A DNA stretch of 64,000 bases. It comes from a virus (Duplodnaviria; Heunggongvirae; Uroviricota; Caudoviricetes; Schitoviridae). The stretch is taken from IMG/VR virus record IMGVR_UViG_3300047463_000135, positions 1-64,000 of that record, one strand, 5' to 3'. The notes beneath the pieces were generated by a model, which did no database searches, was not told the DNA's origin, and worked only from the letters and a program-made list of their open reading frames with translations. Shown piece after piece: positions 16,804 through 26,843 of this stretch (positions within the stretch are counted from its first letter, which is position 1; every line of letters begins with the position of its first letter). The translations under genes and the position numbers were made by a program.

Positions 16804-17148
16804 ATGTCAGGAGACTCTATGAGTGCCATATTTTTAAATATCGTTGCACAAACCAAGACAATTAACTTCTTTGGTTTAAGTATCACAGTACTACCTAAGT
16901 GGTATGAAGATAACTATTACGTAGCTATAGACCGTAGCGGTGGCGTGTATGTATATAACGCTAAACCTATCAGAAGCGGTAACCATCATATGTGCCAAGA
17001 AGGTAAAGAATTTGTAGGTCATTGTGTAGCTTATTTAGACGCATATACAGAAGGAGTCTACAACTTACGTGAGTGGGTTGATGACACCTGGGAGACTGTT
17101 TACAGACTTCAAGACTTCCCTTTAGTGAGTATGTCAAATGAGTGCTAA
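16804..17148 (+). CDS. Hypothetical protein, paralog A (FFGLSITVLPKWYEDNYYVAID)
   Basis: Clear similarity to the next ORF downstream. Confidence 0.5.
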   Translation: MSGDSMSAIFLNIVAQTKTINFFGLSITVLPKWYEDNYYVAIDRSGGVYVYNAKPIRSGNHHMCQEGKEFVGHCVAYLDAYTEGVYNLREWVDDTWETVYRLQDFPLVSMSNEC

Positions 17149-17476
17149 TTTATTCCTACAGCTTAAAGCCAATATGCTATGCATAGACTTCTTTGGTATT
17201 CCTGTTCCAGTACCTAAGCAATGGTATACAGATAATCATTGGTTAGCTATTGATATGGCAGGTGAGTTATTTATTTACTCAAATAAGCCTGTATTACGTG
17301 ATAACCACTGGGCATGTAATGAAAGATCATGGGGCAACCCACAATCAATAGGTGAACACATCTTAAACCTAGAATTCATAGACCCTCTATTTGAAAACTT
17401 GGATACATGGATTTCAGATAACTGGAATAAAGAATGTTGGCCTGTAACTACGTTCCCGGTACTTCGTACCGCTTAG
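17138..17476 (+). CDS. Hypothetical protein, paralog B (FFGIPVPVPKQWYTDNHWLAID)
   Basis: Tandem paralog of the gene at 16804..17148. Confidence 0.5.
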   Translation: MSANLFLQLKANMLCIDFFGIPVPVPKQWYTDNHWLAIDMAGELFIYSNKPVLRDNHWACNERSWGNPQSIGEHILNLEFIDPLFENLDTWISDNWNKECWPVTTFPVLRTA

Positions 17477-17557
17477 TGGTGGGTTCGCTCACCAATTAAA
17501 AAGTTGCTTTAGGTAAGGCAACTTACCTAAGTCAATTTCACTTCATAGGAACAAACC

Positions 17558-17845
17558 ATGAAAACTCGTAATTCTCTTACTCCTGCTGAAATTCAGATAC
17601 TTGTAGCTGAGTGGAAACTTCCTAAGAAGGAACGTCAAACTCAGCAAGAACTTGCTCTACGTTTCAATGTAGCAGAAGTAACTATCCGTCGTGCGTTAGC
17701 AGATGCAGGTCTTATTGAACTCAAACATCATAAGACTCCGTCTGAACGTGCAATCCTCAACTTTCTTCAATCTCAAGGTCTTAACGAGTTGAAGAAGTTA
17801 CAAAACTTTGTTGTTAAGGCAAGACAGGGTAACCGTGTCCCATAA
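17558..17845 (+). CDS. Putative helix-turn-helix DNA-binding regulator
   Basis: QQELALRFNVAEVTIRRALADAGL resembles an HTH motif. Confidence 0.45.
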   Translation: MKTRNSLTPAEIQILVAEWKLPKKERQTQQELALRFNVAEVTIRRALADAGLIELKHHKTPSERAILNFLQSQGLNELKKLQNFVVKARQGNRVP

Positions 17846-18032
17846 AATCAAACCTGAGTTTGTGGCTATCTATCCTGTCGCAGACTCATTAGATGATGCT
17901 TGGGAGTTAATTAACTCTCAACTACCCATCACTGAAACCAATGACTTAAAAAGTCTCCTAATGATCTACCACAATACACTCCTTACGGAATTGGAAAACC
18001 AAAATGAACGTATCAATCAGCAAAGCAGCTAA
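17808..18032 (+). CDS. Hypothetical small protein
   Basis: 74-aa ORF. Confidence 0.35.
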   Translation: MLLRQDRVTVSHKIKPEFVAIYPVADSLDDAWELINSQLPITETNDLKSLLMIYHNTLLTELENQNERINQQSS

Positions 18033-19128
18033 CTTCATCAAAACTTACATCGCAGCTAACGTACCATGTAACCTTATTGGTTCACCTGGTTTAGGTAAGT
18101 CTGATGTAATCAAACAAGTTGCAAAAGACCTGAACTTGAAAGTTATCGACTTTCGTCTCTCGACTGCAGACCCAACAGATTTATCTGGAATGCCATTTGT
18201 TGAGAATGGACGTAGTGTATACCTACCTAACGTTGCATTCCCCATTATTGGTGATGAACTTCCTCATCACTTGGATGCAGAAGGTAAGCCTGTAAAAGTT
18301 CCAGTATTGGATGAACAAGGTAAACAACAAGTTGATAGTCAAGGTCAACCAGTATTCCATTATCCTAAGTATGATGGATGGTTATTATTCCTTGACGAAA
18401 TTACCAATGCTCCAATGTCTGTACAAGCAGCTGCATATAAGATCATTCTTGATCGTGAAGTAGGCTTACATGAGTTACACCCAGCAGTTAAAATCTGCTG
18501 TGCAGGTAACAAGATTACTGACAATGCAGCAGTAAGTGGTGATATGTCTACAGCGTTGAAATCACGCTTAGCTCACATGAACTTAGAGCTTAATATTAAA
18601 GACTGGTTAAACTGGGCTTTAACAACTGGTATTCACCACTCAATCACTTCATTCATTGAGTTCAAACCAACATGTCTTCATAACTTTGATCCAAAGGTTA
18701 AGACAGACACATTCGCATGTCCTCGTACATGGGCAATGGCTAACCGTATCGTTGAACAAGTTGGTTTAAATGAACCTAACCTACAATCTATGTTGTCAGG
18801 TGTATTGGGTGATGGTGCAGCAGTTGAGTACATGAACTTCACTAAGAACTTCGTTGGCTTAACTACGTTTGAGCAAGTATGTGCTGACCCACATAATGCT
18901 AAGATTCCTGAGGGTAACATCTCAGCTATGTTTGCATTAGCAGGTTCTATTGCTGCTCAAGTAGATACTGATACAATGGATAAAGTAGTTCCATTCATGG
19001 AACGTATGCCAAAAGAATATCAGTTAAGTACATTCACATCATTCACAAAGCGTAAACCAACATTAGTAGTGCATCCTGCATTACGTAACTGGTTGCAAGT
19101 TAACTCACCTGAGATGACTCGCGCTTAA
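18004..19128 (+). CDS. MoxR-type AAA+ ATPase
   Basis: Walker A GSPGLGKSDV and Walker B LLFLDEITNA; paired with a downstream vWA-domain protein. Confidence 0.65.
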   Translation: MNVSISKAANFIKTYIAANVPCNLIGSPGLGKSDVIKQVAKDLNLKVIDFRLSTADPTDLSGMPFVENGRSVYLPNVAFPIIGDELPHHLDAEGKPVKVPVLDEQGKQQVDSQGQPVFHYPKYDGWLLFLDEITNAPMSVQAAAYKIILDREVGLHELHPAVKICCAGNKITDNAAVSGDMSTALKSRLAHMNLELNIKDWLNWALTTGIHHSITSFIEFKPTCLHNFDPKVKTDTFACPRTWAMANRIVEQVGLNEPNLQSMLSGVLGDGAAVEYMNFTKNFVGLTTFEQVCADPHNAKIPEGNISAMFALAGSIAAQVDTDTMDKVVPFMERMPKEYQLSTFTSFTKRKPTLVVHPALRNWLQVNSPEMTRA

Positions 19129-19134
19129 CATTAA

Positions 19135-19160
19135 GGGACTCATTAGAGTCCCTATTTGTT
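19135..19160 (+). terminator. Terminator-like hairpin GGGACTC-ATTA-GAGTCCC with a TATTTGTT tail
   Basis: Read directly. Confidence 0.45.
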
Positions 19161-19171
19161 GTAGGATTGCT

Positions 19172-19585
19172 ATGAAACAAATCCCCTATCAGCACATTAC
19201 TAACATTAGTAATGGCTACCTAATTACTCCCCTTAGTGTTGAACGTGTTAATGAACACTACACAGGTATTGATGATACACACAATGATCATGCTTGGGGG
19301 TGGCCTGAATATTCAGTATGGGATTCTGATATCTATCCAGATTTCCTGAATGATATGGCTAACGATGGTATTGCATTCGGATGGGAATATGTACTGACAG
19401 AGGACTTCTCGTACTTTGCCTACAACTTCCCAACAGCAGAGAAGAAGAACAATTTAGTTTGTTATAAATCTACTGCTAGAAAATCACTACCACGTTTAAC
19501 GAAGAAACTACGTCTTGAACTTGAGACAGAATCTTCAATCAATGAACTCACGTTACTATGCTTAGGAATAAAACCAAATGGCTAG
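19172..19585 (+). CDS. Hypothetical protein
   Basis: 137-aa ORF. Confidence 0.45.
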   Translation: MKQIPYQHITNISNGYLITPLSVERVNEHYTGIDDTHNDHAWGWPEYSVWDSDIYPDFLNDMANDGIAFGWEYVLTEDFSYFAYNFPTAEKKNNLVCYKSTARKSLPRLTKKLRLELETESSINELTLLCLGIKPNG

Positions 19586-20783
19586 ACTTAACTTAGGTCC
19601 ACTGGACCCTGCTCCAGAGGCTTTGTCACGAGCGAAGATTAAACTCATGCTTAAAAAGGATGTAGCTTTCTTCGCTACGTTAATCTTACAGACACCTGTG
19701 TATTGGGTAACTGCAGATGAAATTCCAACTGCAGCAACCAACGGAATTAACTTGTACATTAATCCAGAATTCTTCTTGTCATTAGACACAGAAGAGAAGC
19801 TGTTTCTCATCTTGCATGAGATTATGCACAACGTATATAACCACGTTACTCGTCGTGGTTTCCGTGAACCAAACACATGGAATGAAGCAGCTGATTATGT
19901 CATCAATGATGATCTAATTCAGCGTGGTTTCAAGATGCCTAAAGATGGTCTACATAACTTAGATTATCGTGGTATGTCTGCAGACGAAGTCTATGAGTTA
20001 CTCATGGACCGTAAAAACAAAGGTGGTCAGAATGCTCCTTCACCATGGCCTGATTTACAAGAACCTCAAGGTTCTGGTGCAGGTGGTGGACAGCAGAATT
20101 CTAATCATCAAACACCTTCAATGAGTCAGCCTACAGCTGAGGAGATTGAAGAACACAACAAGAACTTACTCACACAAGCAACTCAAGCCAGTCAAATGGC
20201 AGGAGATAAAGCAGGGACTATTCCCGGCTCATTACAACGTGAGTTAGAAAACCTGTTGTATCCTGTATTACCTTGGGATGAAATCTTAGGTCAATTCCTG
20301 TTTAGTCTTTCTAAAGATGATTACTCATGGAAGAAACCAAACAGACGCTTCATCTCACAAGGCTTAATCTTACCGTCTCTACACAGTGATGGTATTGGTA
20401 AAATTGCATTTGCAATTGATACATCGGGTTCAGTATCTGAGAGTGACTTCAACAGATTCATCTCAGAGATTGGTTATGTATTCCAACGATACAAACCAAA
20501 AGAAATTGATATCATGCAATTCGATAGTGTACTGCAATCGAATGACCGTATTTTAAACACTAATGACTTTATGGAATTAGAGTTTAAAGGTGGTGGTGGT
20601 ACTCAAATTGAACCTGTCATTGATGCATACAAAGATGGTGATGCTAAAGCTCTAATTATCTTAACTGATGGTTACTTATACCATGGTGAAGAATTAGACC
20701 CAGGTAAGCCAGTCGTATGGTGTATCTACGACAATCCTTCATTCGTACCAACATTCGGTACTGCAATTCATTTCGACAACTAA
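19578..20783 (+). CDS. vWA-domain protein with an N-terminal HExxH (SprT/zincin-like) motif
   Basis: HEIMHNVYNH, and the MIDAS-type motif AFAIDTSGSVSESDF. Confidence 0.6.
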   Translation: MARLNLGPLDPAPEALSRAKIKLMLKKDVAFFATLILQTPVYWVTADEIPTAATNGINLYINPEFFLSLDTEEKLFLILHEIMHNVYNHVTRRGFREPNTWNEAADYVINDDLIQRGFKMPKDGLHNLDYRGMSADEVYELLMDRKNKGGQNAPSPWPDLQEPQGSGAGGGQQNSNHQTPSMSQPTAEEIEEHNKNLLTQATQASQMAGDKAGTIPGSLQRELENLLYPVLPWDEILGQFLFSLSKDDYSWKKPNRRFISQGLILPSLHSDGIGKIAFAIDTSGSVSESDFNRFISEIGYVFQRYKPKEIDIMQFDSVLQSNDRILNTNDFMELEFKGGGGTQIEPVIDAYKDGDAKALIILTDGYLYHGEELDPGKPVVWCIYDNPSFVPTFGTAIHFDN

Positions 20784-20841
20784 CAAGTAGAGTCTCATTA
20801 CGGGACTCTATCTACTTAACTCATATTTCGGATAAACAATC

Positions 20842-22062
20842 ATGACTCAATTTTTACAACAACCTGGTGCTATCACTATTGCTCCTGACTTCTCAGGTAT
20901 TGCGTTAGATCGCGTTCCAGCAGGTTATTACCGTATTGCTGCATCTCAAGACATTGGTTTTTATTTAGCAGAGGTAGAACCACTACAAGTTGCTGATAAA
21001 ATCTATGGTGACTTGCTTAAACACCTTCCACGTATTGAAGCTGCATTCGCTGAAATTACTGATAAACCAATCTCAGTAATGTTAGAAGGTCTTAAAGGCT
21101 CAGGTAAATCATTACTCATGAAAACCTTAGCTAAGCGCTTTGTAGAGCAAGAAGACGGTATCGTATTACTGTGTAATGCTCCATTTGTAGGTGATGGCTA
21201 TTTTGAATTCCTTCAAAAGATCAGTCAGAAGAAGATTGTTCTTATGGATGAGTTTGACAAAGTCTATAACGACAAAGATGCTCGTAACCAAATTCTAACT
21301 TTGTTAGATGGTAACTTTGCATCTCACACCATGTTTGTATTAACAATGAATGCAAACTTAGGTGGTGGAGGTTTTGAATTCTTCCATAACCGCCCAGGTC
21401 GTGTGATGTTCAACATCAAATTCAAAGGTGTACCAGAAGACGCTATTCGTGGTTATGCAGAAGATCATCTACATGATAAGTCTCGCGTAGCTGACGTAGT
21501 TAACTTCGTACGTCGCTTCACTGACTTCAATATGGACATGCTTAGTAAACTTGTTGCTGAGGTGAACTATTGCCCTACGTTGACTATGGAAGAAATTTCA
21601 GAGTACTTAAACGTTAAACCAGATTTATCAATTGATGATGTATGGCTCAACGCTACAGTTAAACGTAATGGTTTAGATATCACTAAGCACATTCATGGTA
21701 GTACAACTGATTTGTACTATAAACGCTTCCTTAAAGCCATGGCAGGTAATCCAAATGAAACAGCAGAACTTAACATGATGTTAACCTGCACAACTGTTTG
21801 GAACACTGAATTGAATTGTGAATACAATTCAAAAGAACATGGTCCAGATGCAGATACTTCTCGTGGTGCAGTCATCCGTAAGAGTAAATCTGAAAAAGTA
21901 TTTATTCCTGCTTTCGATGAGTATTTAACTACAAGTGACTTCACTCGTACACAAGACGCTACCACTGGTGCAATCACACTTAAAGGTAAGTCTGACGAAG
22001 ATAACGATTGGGAAATTGTACTTGTACCAGAAGTAATCAAGCGTTATAACTACGCATTCTAA
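20842..22062 (+). CDS. P-loop NTPase (GSGKS), function unknown
   Basis: Walker A LKGSGKSLL; acidic segment VLMDEFD (Walker B-like). Confidence 0.5.
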   Translation: MTQFLQQPGAITIAPDFSGIALDRVPAGYYRIAASQDIGFYLAEVEPLQVADKIYGDLLKHLPRIEAAFAEITDKPISVMLEGLKGSGKSLLMKTLAKRFVEQEDGIVLLCNAPFVGDGYFEFLQKISQKKIVLMDEFDKVYNDKDARNQILTLLDGNFASHTMFVLTMNANLGGGGFEFFHNRPGRVMFNIKFKGVPEDAIRGYAEDHLHDKSRVADVVNFVRRFTDFNMDMLSKLVAEVNYCPTLTMEEISEYLNVKPDLSIDDVWLNATVKRNGLDITKHIHGSTTDLYYKRFLKAMAGNPNETAELNMMLTCTTVWNTELNCEYNSKEHGPDADTSRGAVIRKSKSEKVFIPAFDEYLTTSDFTRTQDATTGAITLKGKSDEDNDWEIVLVPEVIKRYNYAF

Positions 22063-22069
22063 TCCAACA

Positions 22070-22098
22070 TAGCTACCTTTCGAGGTAGCTATTTTTTG
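22070..22098 (+). terminator. Rho-independent terminator (TAGCTACC-TTTCGA-GGTAGCTA + T6)
   Basis: Read directly. Confidence 0.65.
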
Positions 22099-23334
22099 TT
22101 GAGAATCCTCATGGCATTACAATTAACTCAAGACCAACAAGATGCATATGCAGCTATCATTACCCTCATTACCACACAACAACACATTCTAGTTATTGAA
22201 GGTGGTGCAGGTGTAGGTAAGACAACTCTCATGAATACATTCATGGATGAGTGGCCTCAGATAGTGGCATTGTCTGGTGGTAGATTTAACGAAGTAGAAG
22301 TAGCTCTAACAGCTACAACAAATAAAGCAGCAGATGCATTAGCAAATGCTACAGGTAAAGAAACAACAACCATTCATGCATTCCTTGGTTTACGTGTACA
22401 GAACATTGGTTACGGTAAAACCAAGTTAGGTGATACTGGTAAGTGGATTGAAGATGGTCAAGTAGTTGTCATTGATGAGTCATCATTCATTGATAAAGAA
22501 CTGCTAGACTTTATTTTACGTAAATTAAACAAATGTAAGATCATCTTCTTAGGTGATCCAAACCAACTTAAACCAGTAAACTCAGATACTACTCCTGTGT
22601 TTAGTGCAGGCTTTCCTACAGTACGTCTCAATCAGATTGTACGTCAGGCAGATAATAGCCCTATTCAAGCACTATCTCGTGGACTTCGTTCACTTGTTGA
22701 AGGTGGTGCAATGCCACAGGACATCCTAGATGGCTCTAGCATCTTGCATATGCCACAGAAAGACTTTGAGGTAGCTTTTGTACAGGAAGCTTTAAATGCT
22801 CCTGTAAACAGCGTACGTGCATTAGCATGGACCAATAAGAAAGCTATCTACTATAACGAACTAGTTAGTGTAGCTCGTTCAGGCAATTCAGATATTCAGC
22901 TTGGTGACGTAGTAAACGTTAATAAGCAATATAAGGTATCTCGTAATTTCCGATTCCCTACAGACAGCACTTTCCAAGTAGCAGGCTTAGGACAATGGGA
23001 ATTAGATTCCTTTGGTATTATGTCTCGTTTAGTAGAGACATCATTTGGAGTATCTGTAATTCAAGCTAAAGACATGACCCATGTTCATGGTTTAGCTCGA
23101 CAGTTCTATAACAATGAAAACCATGCACAAGGTGATTATGTTATGGAACGCTACGCTGATTTACGTTTGTTATATGCTTCAACAGTTAACAAATCCCAAG
23201 GCAGTACATATGACACAGTTTATATTGATCTATCTGACATTGGTGCATGCCGAGACAGAGATCAAGTAAACCGTATGCTCTATGTAGCTGCATCACGTGC
23301 TAGATCAAAAGTAGTATTCACAGGAGATGTATAA
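22096..23334 (+). CDS. SF1 DNA helicase, Dda/RecD/Pif1-like
   Basis: Walker A GGAGVGKTT; helicase motifs VVIDESS and LGDPNQLKPV. Confidence 0.65.
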   Translation: MLRILMALQLTQDQQDAYAAIITLITTQQHILVIEGGAGVGKTTLMNTFMDEWPQIVALSGGRFNEVEVALTATTNKAADALANATGKETTTIHAFLGLRVQNIGYGKTKLGDTGKWIEDGQVVVIDESSFIDKELLDFILRKLNKCKIIFLGDPNQLKPVNSDTTPVFSAGFPTVRLNQIVRQADNSPIQALSRGLRSLVEGGAMPQDILDGSSILHMPQKDFEVAFVQEALNAPVNSVRALAWTNKKAIYYNELVSVARSGNSDIQLGDVVNVNKQYKVSRNFRFPTDSTFQVAGLGQWELDSFGIMSRLVETSFGVSVIQAKDMTHVHGLARQFYNNENHAQGDYVMERYADLRLLYASTVNKSQGSTYDTVYIDLSDIGACRDRDQVNRMLYVAASRARSKVVFTGDV

Positions 23335-23855
23335 TGTCATTTAACAGATCACATGTGATGGCATCAAACCAACGCCTAATCAGACAGATTGAGCGTGATC
23401 TATTTGGTGGAGCAAATGCATCATGGAAGAAAGTATATTCTGAATTCTGTAAACGACATGGTGAGCTTATGCCTAACCGTGTCATGCAATTCAAATATAA
23501 AGGTTCAACCTATTGGTTAGATAATGACGTAGTCTTACGTAGCGGAGTGCAACAACTACATCCATCATTAGTAGCTGAGTTCTCAGAAGCTTATAATATG
23601 TTTGTAGTTGAAGTTCAGAAAGAGTTAGCTATTCTAAAAAATATGCTTGCTCATGCTATCCGTATTGCAAAATACGCAGAAGACCTCATAGAGATTCTTC
23701 CATCTTGTATGCATCCAGCAATTCATGAAGCTGGATTCTTTCAGCTTGACACTAAACCAAACATGTCAATTGATGATGTTAAAGAGTTCAATGAGTTGTA
23801 CTCAGAACACTTCTCATTATTTGATATGAGGATTTTCTTAGGAGCAACTATGTGA
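23334..23855 (+). CDS. Hypothetical protein
   Basis: 173-aa ORF, translationally coupled to its upstream neighbour. Confidence 0.45.
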   Translation: MSFNRSHVMASNQRLIRQIERDLFGGANASWKKVYSEFCKRHGELMPNRVMQFKYKGSTYWLDNDVVLRSGVQQLHPSLVAEFSEAYNMFVVEVQKELAILKNMLAHAIRIAKYAEDLIEILPSCMHPAIHEAGFFQLDTKPNMSIDDVKEFNELYSEHFSLFDMRIFLGATM

Positions 23856-26476
23856 AGACACTCAAGTTCGTTGATGGGGATGCTACCCCAAAGATCGGTA
23901 TTCTCATCAAAGAATCTGCTTTTAAAGAACAACAATTAATTCAGTATTATGTTCAACCTATGGTTGATGCAGGTATACCTCGTGAAGAAATCGTAGCTAT
24001 GAGCTTAGATTACACTCACTCAGGTAAAGCACCTGTAACACTCATTAAGGAATATATTGCTGATTGGTTAGATGACTATAAGCGAGCAGGTATCAAATAC
24101 TTATTTGTAGCTGATTCTGCTTACTACAAGGTACTAGCCAAAGAACGTAAAGCTGACGTTAACCTAGGTTACGTTAGCGAATGTGGTATTCCAGGGTTTG
24201 AAGATATGTATGTAATCTACTCGTTAGGTTACGGTGCATTGTTTCATAACCCAAACCAGAAAGAGAAGATTGACTTGAGTATTCAAGCAGTCTCAACTCA
24301 TTATCATGGTTCGTACGTAGCAATTGGTTCTGACATTATTCATGAAGAACGTTATCCAAACAGTATCTCTGCATTGAAAAAGGAATTGGCATTCTTGTCA
24401 AACCAACCTCAATTAGCGGTAGATATTGAAGCATTCTCTCTTAACTTGAGAGATGCAGGTTTAGGTACTATTGCATTTGCAGAGTCTAAACATTCAGGAT
24501 GTGCATTCTTCGTAGAGTATCAACCTATCATTCCTGAGGATGGTTTCTACGGTATTAGAGCTGATGCTCCTAAGACTAAAGAATTACTACGTAAATTCTT
24601 TGAAGGCTACAGAGGTAAGCTGATAGCTCACAATGCATCATATGACTTCAAGTGTTTGATTCATTCTTTATGGATGAAGCATCCATTAGACTTTGAGGGA
24701 ATGCTCAAAGGATTAGAAGTACTAACACGATGCTTTGATGATACTAAAATCATTGCTTATCTCAGCTTAAACCAGACAGCTCAAACACTGTATGGTCTTA
24801 AGACATTAGCTCAACCATTTGCAGGTAACTGGGCAGAAGATGAGATTAAGGATATTAGACGTATCCCTGCTGAACAAATACTTCGTTATAACTTAGTAGA
24901 TGTTCTCAGTACTAACTATGTCTATGAAACTTATTATCCAATCATGGTTGCAGAAGAGCAGTTAGATATCTATGACAATCTAATGATTCCATCTCTTAAG
25001 ATGATCATTCAGATTGAGTGTCATGGTTTACCATTGATACCTGAACGAGTACAGGAAGTTAAGGCTCAACTACAAGCTGAATCTGATTCCTACGTTCAGA
25101 TCATGGAGAATAATGCTTATGTTAAAGAAGCAACTGATAAGCTTCAAGAGATTGCATGGAAAACCAAGCAAGCTAGTCTCAAGAAGAAGGTAGTTGAACG
25201 TCATGAGTTCAATGAACCAATCAACTTCAACAGTGGACAACAATTAGCATTTCTACTTTACGACGTAATGGAAATGCCAGTTATTGAATGGACTGAAACT
25301 GGTGAACGAGCAACAGGAGGTAAAGTCATTAAGGCTTTACGTAAGCATACAGAAGACCCTGAGAAATTAGAGGTCATGGAAGCTCTCCATAAGTACACCA
25401 AGTTAGTTAAGATTCTTACTGGCTTTATACCTACGTTTGAAGATGCATGGCTTAAAGCAGATGGTAGAGCTTACCTACACGGTTCATTCAATATTGGTGG
25501 AACCAAGTCAGGTAGACTTTCATCAAGTGATCCAAACCTACAGAACTTACCTGCAGGTGGTGATTTAGGTAAGTTAATTAAGTCATGCTTTGCAGGACCA
25601 TATGGGAAGATATTCTGTGGTGCAGACTTTGCATCATTAGAAGATCGTATCTCAGCATTAACTACTAAAGACCCAGAGAAACTAAAAGTATATACAGATG
25701 GGTACGACGGACATTGTCTTCGTGCCTATGCGTACTTTGGTGATCGTATGCCAGATATTGACCCTAACTCAGTTGAGTCAATTAACAGTATTGAAGAGAA
25801 GTATCCTAAGGAAAGACAGGACTCTAAAGCTCCTACCTTTGCTTTAACGTATATGGGTACTTGGGCTACGTTAGTTAAGAACTGTGGTTTCAGTGAAGAA
25901 GTAGCTAAACAAGTTGAAAGACTATATCACCAACTCTATAAGCATTCAGATGACTTCATTATGAATCGTATTCATGAGGAAGCATGTAAGCTAGGTTATG
26001 TTACTTTAGCCTTTGGTTTGAAGTTACGTACACCACTACTTAAGAAAACCATCTTAGGTAATAAGTTTACTTCTAATGAAGCTAAAGCAGAGATGCGTAC
26101 AGCAGGTAATGCAATGGGACAATCATATGGCCTATTGAATAACCGAGCAGCTGTGGAGTTCATGAAGATAGTTTGGAACTCACCTTACCGTTATAGAATT
26201 ATGCCAGTAGCATTAATCCATGATGCTATTTATCTAGTCATTGATAATGATTTAGATGTTGTAGAGTTTGCTAATAAACACTTAACCAAGTGTATGGAAT
26301 GGCAAGACCTACCAGAGATATGGCATGATGAAGTTAAGTTAGGTGGTGACCTAGATTTGTTCTATCCAAACTGGGCACATGGTATTACATTACCTAGAAC
26401 AGCTAACAAGGTTGAACTATGTAATGTAGTTGATGAAGCCATGAAGAAATACTATGAAAAGAAAAAAGCAGCCTAA
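23852..26476 (+). CDS. Family A DNA polymerase (PolA-like with an N-terminal exonuclease region)
   Basis: GADFASLEDRISAL matches motif A (DYSQIELR-like), RQDSKAPTFALTYMG matches motif B (R..K...F...YG), and LIHDAIYL matches motif C (HDE-like). Confidence 0.8.
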   Translation: MKTLKFVDGDATPKIGILIKESAFKEQQLIQYYVQPMVDAGIPREEIVAMSLDYTHSGKAPVTLIKEYIADWLDDYKRAGIKYLFVADSAYYKVLAKERKADVNLGYVSECGIPGFEDMYVIYSLGYGALFHNPNQKEKIDLSIQAVSTHYHGSYVAIGSDIIHEERYPNSISALKKELAFLSNQPQLAVDIEAFSLNLRDAGLGTIAFAESKHSGCAFFVEYQPIIPEDGFYGIRADAPKTKELLRKFFEGYRGKLIAHNASYDFKCLIHSLWMKHPLDFEGMLKGLEVLTRCFDDTKIIAYLSLNQTAQTLYGLKTLAQPFAGNWAEDEIKDIRRIPAEQILRYNLVDVLSTNYVYETYYPIMVAEEQLDIYDNLMIPSLKMIIQIECHGLPLIPERVQEVKAQLQAESDSYVQIMENNAYVKEATDKLQEIAWKTKQASLKKKVVERHEFNEPINFNSGQQLAFLLYDVMEMPVIEWTETGERATGGKVIKALRKHTEDPEKLEVMEALHKYTKLVKILTGFIPTFEDAWLKADGRAYLHGSFNIGGTKSGRLSSSDPNLQNLPAGGDLGKLIKSCFAGPYGKIFCGADFASLEDRISALTTKDPEKLKVYTDGYDGHCLRAYAYFGDRMPDIDPNSVESINSIEEKYPKERQDSKAPTFALTYMGTWATLVKNCGFSEEVAKQVERLYHQLYKHSDDFIMNRIHEEACKLGYVTLAFGLKLRTPLLKKTILGNKFTSNEAKAEMRTAGNAMGQSYGLLNNRAAVEFMKIVWNSPYRYRIMPVALIHDAIYLVIDNDLDVVEFANKHLTKCMEWQDLPEIWHDEVKLGGDLDLFYPNWAHGITLPRTANKVELCNVVDEAMKKYYEKKKAA

Positions 26477-26491
26477 GGGCTGCTTTCTTTT
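26466..26491. terminator. Bidirectional terminator hairpin AAGCAGCC-TAAG-GGCTGCTT flanked by A-run and T-run
   Basis: Read directly; it sits between the polymerase stop and a convergent minus-strand ORF. Confidence 0.55.
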
Positions 26492-26502
26492 AGTTAGTAG
26501 TG

Positions 26503-26802
26503 TTATACACTACCTCCACCACCAGGAGCTGCAGGAGAATTCTGACTAGTCAGAACTACACCTTTACCATCACCTTTATCTTCGTTAACTCGTGCCATAC
26601 CACCTTTAAAGAGTGGAATCACATCAAGCTTTTCATCACGCATAACGTCATGAATAGTCTTAACGTTGACAGACTGGTTAGTAGTGATATTACCTTCGGC
26701 ATCACGTGGCATAATCTTATTCCTATGTGTACGTTTAAGAAGGTTTGATGATATCACACTATTTTTAAACGTAATACCATATAGGTTGGATTTGCAAACC
26801 AA
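26503..26802 (-). CDS. Hypothetical small protein on the opposite strand, convergent with the DNA polymerase gene
   Basis: 99-aa ORF in an otherwise ORF-poor gap of 370 nt; it ends next to the bidirectional terminator. A competing plus-strand ORF at 26500..26748 looks like low-complexity artefact. Confidence 0.35.
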   Translation of the reverse strand: MVCKSNLYGITFKNSVISSNLLKRTHRNKIMPRDAEGNITTNQSVNVKTIHDVMRDEKLDVIPLFKGGMARVNEDKGDGKGVVLTSQNSPAAPGGGGSV

Positions 26803-26843
26803 ACAGACATAGAATACAACCTAGTCTAGTTAGGGAGTGATCT

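Noticed and set aside
26500-26748. Plus-strand 82-aa ORF in the gap after the DNA polymerase
   Set aside because: It competes with the minus-strand ORF, lies directly after a terminator without an RBS, and has a skewed composition, so it is less plausible than the convergent minus-strand gene.
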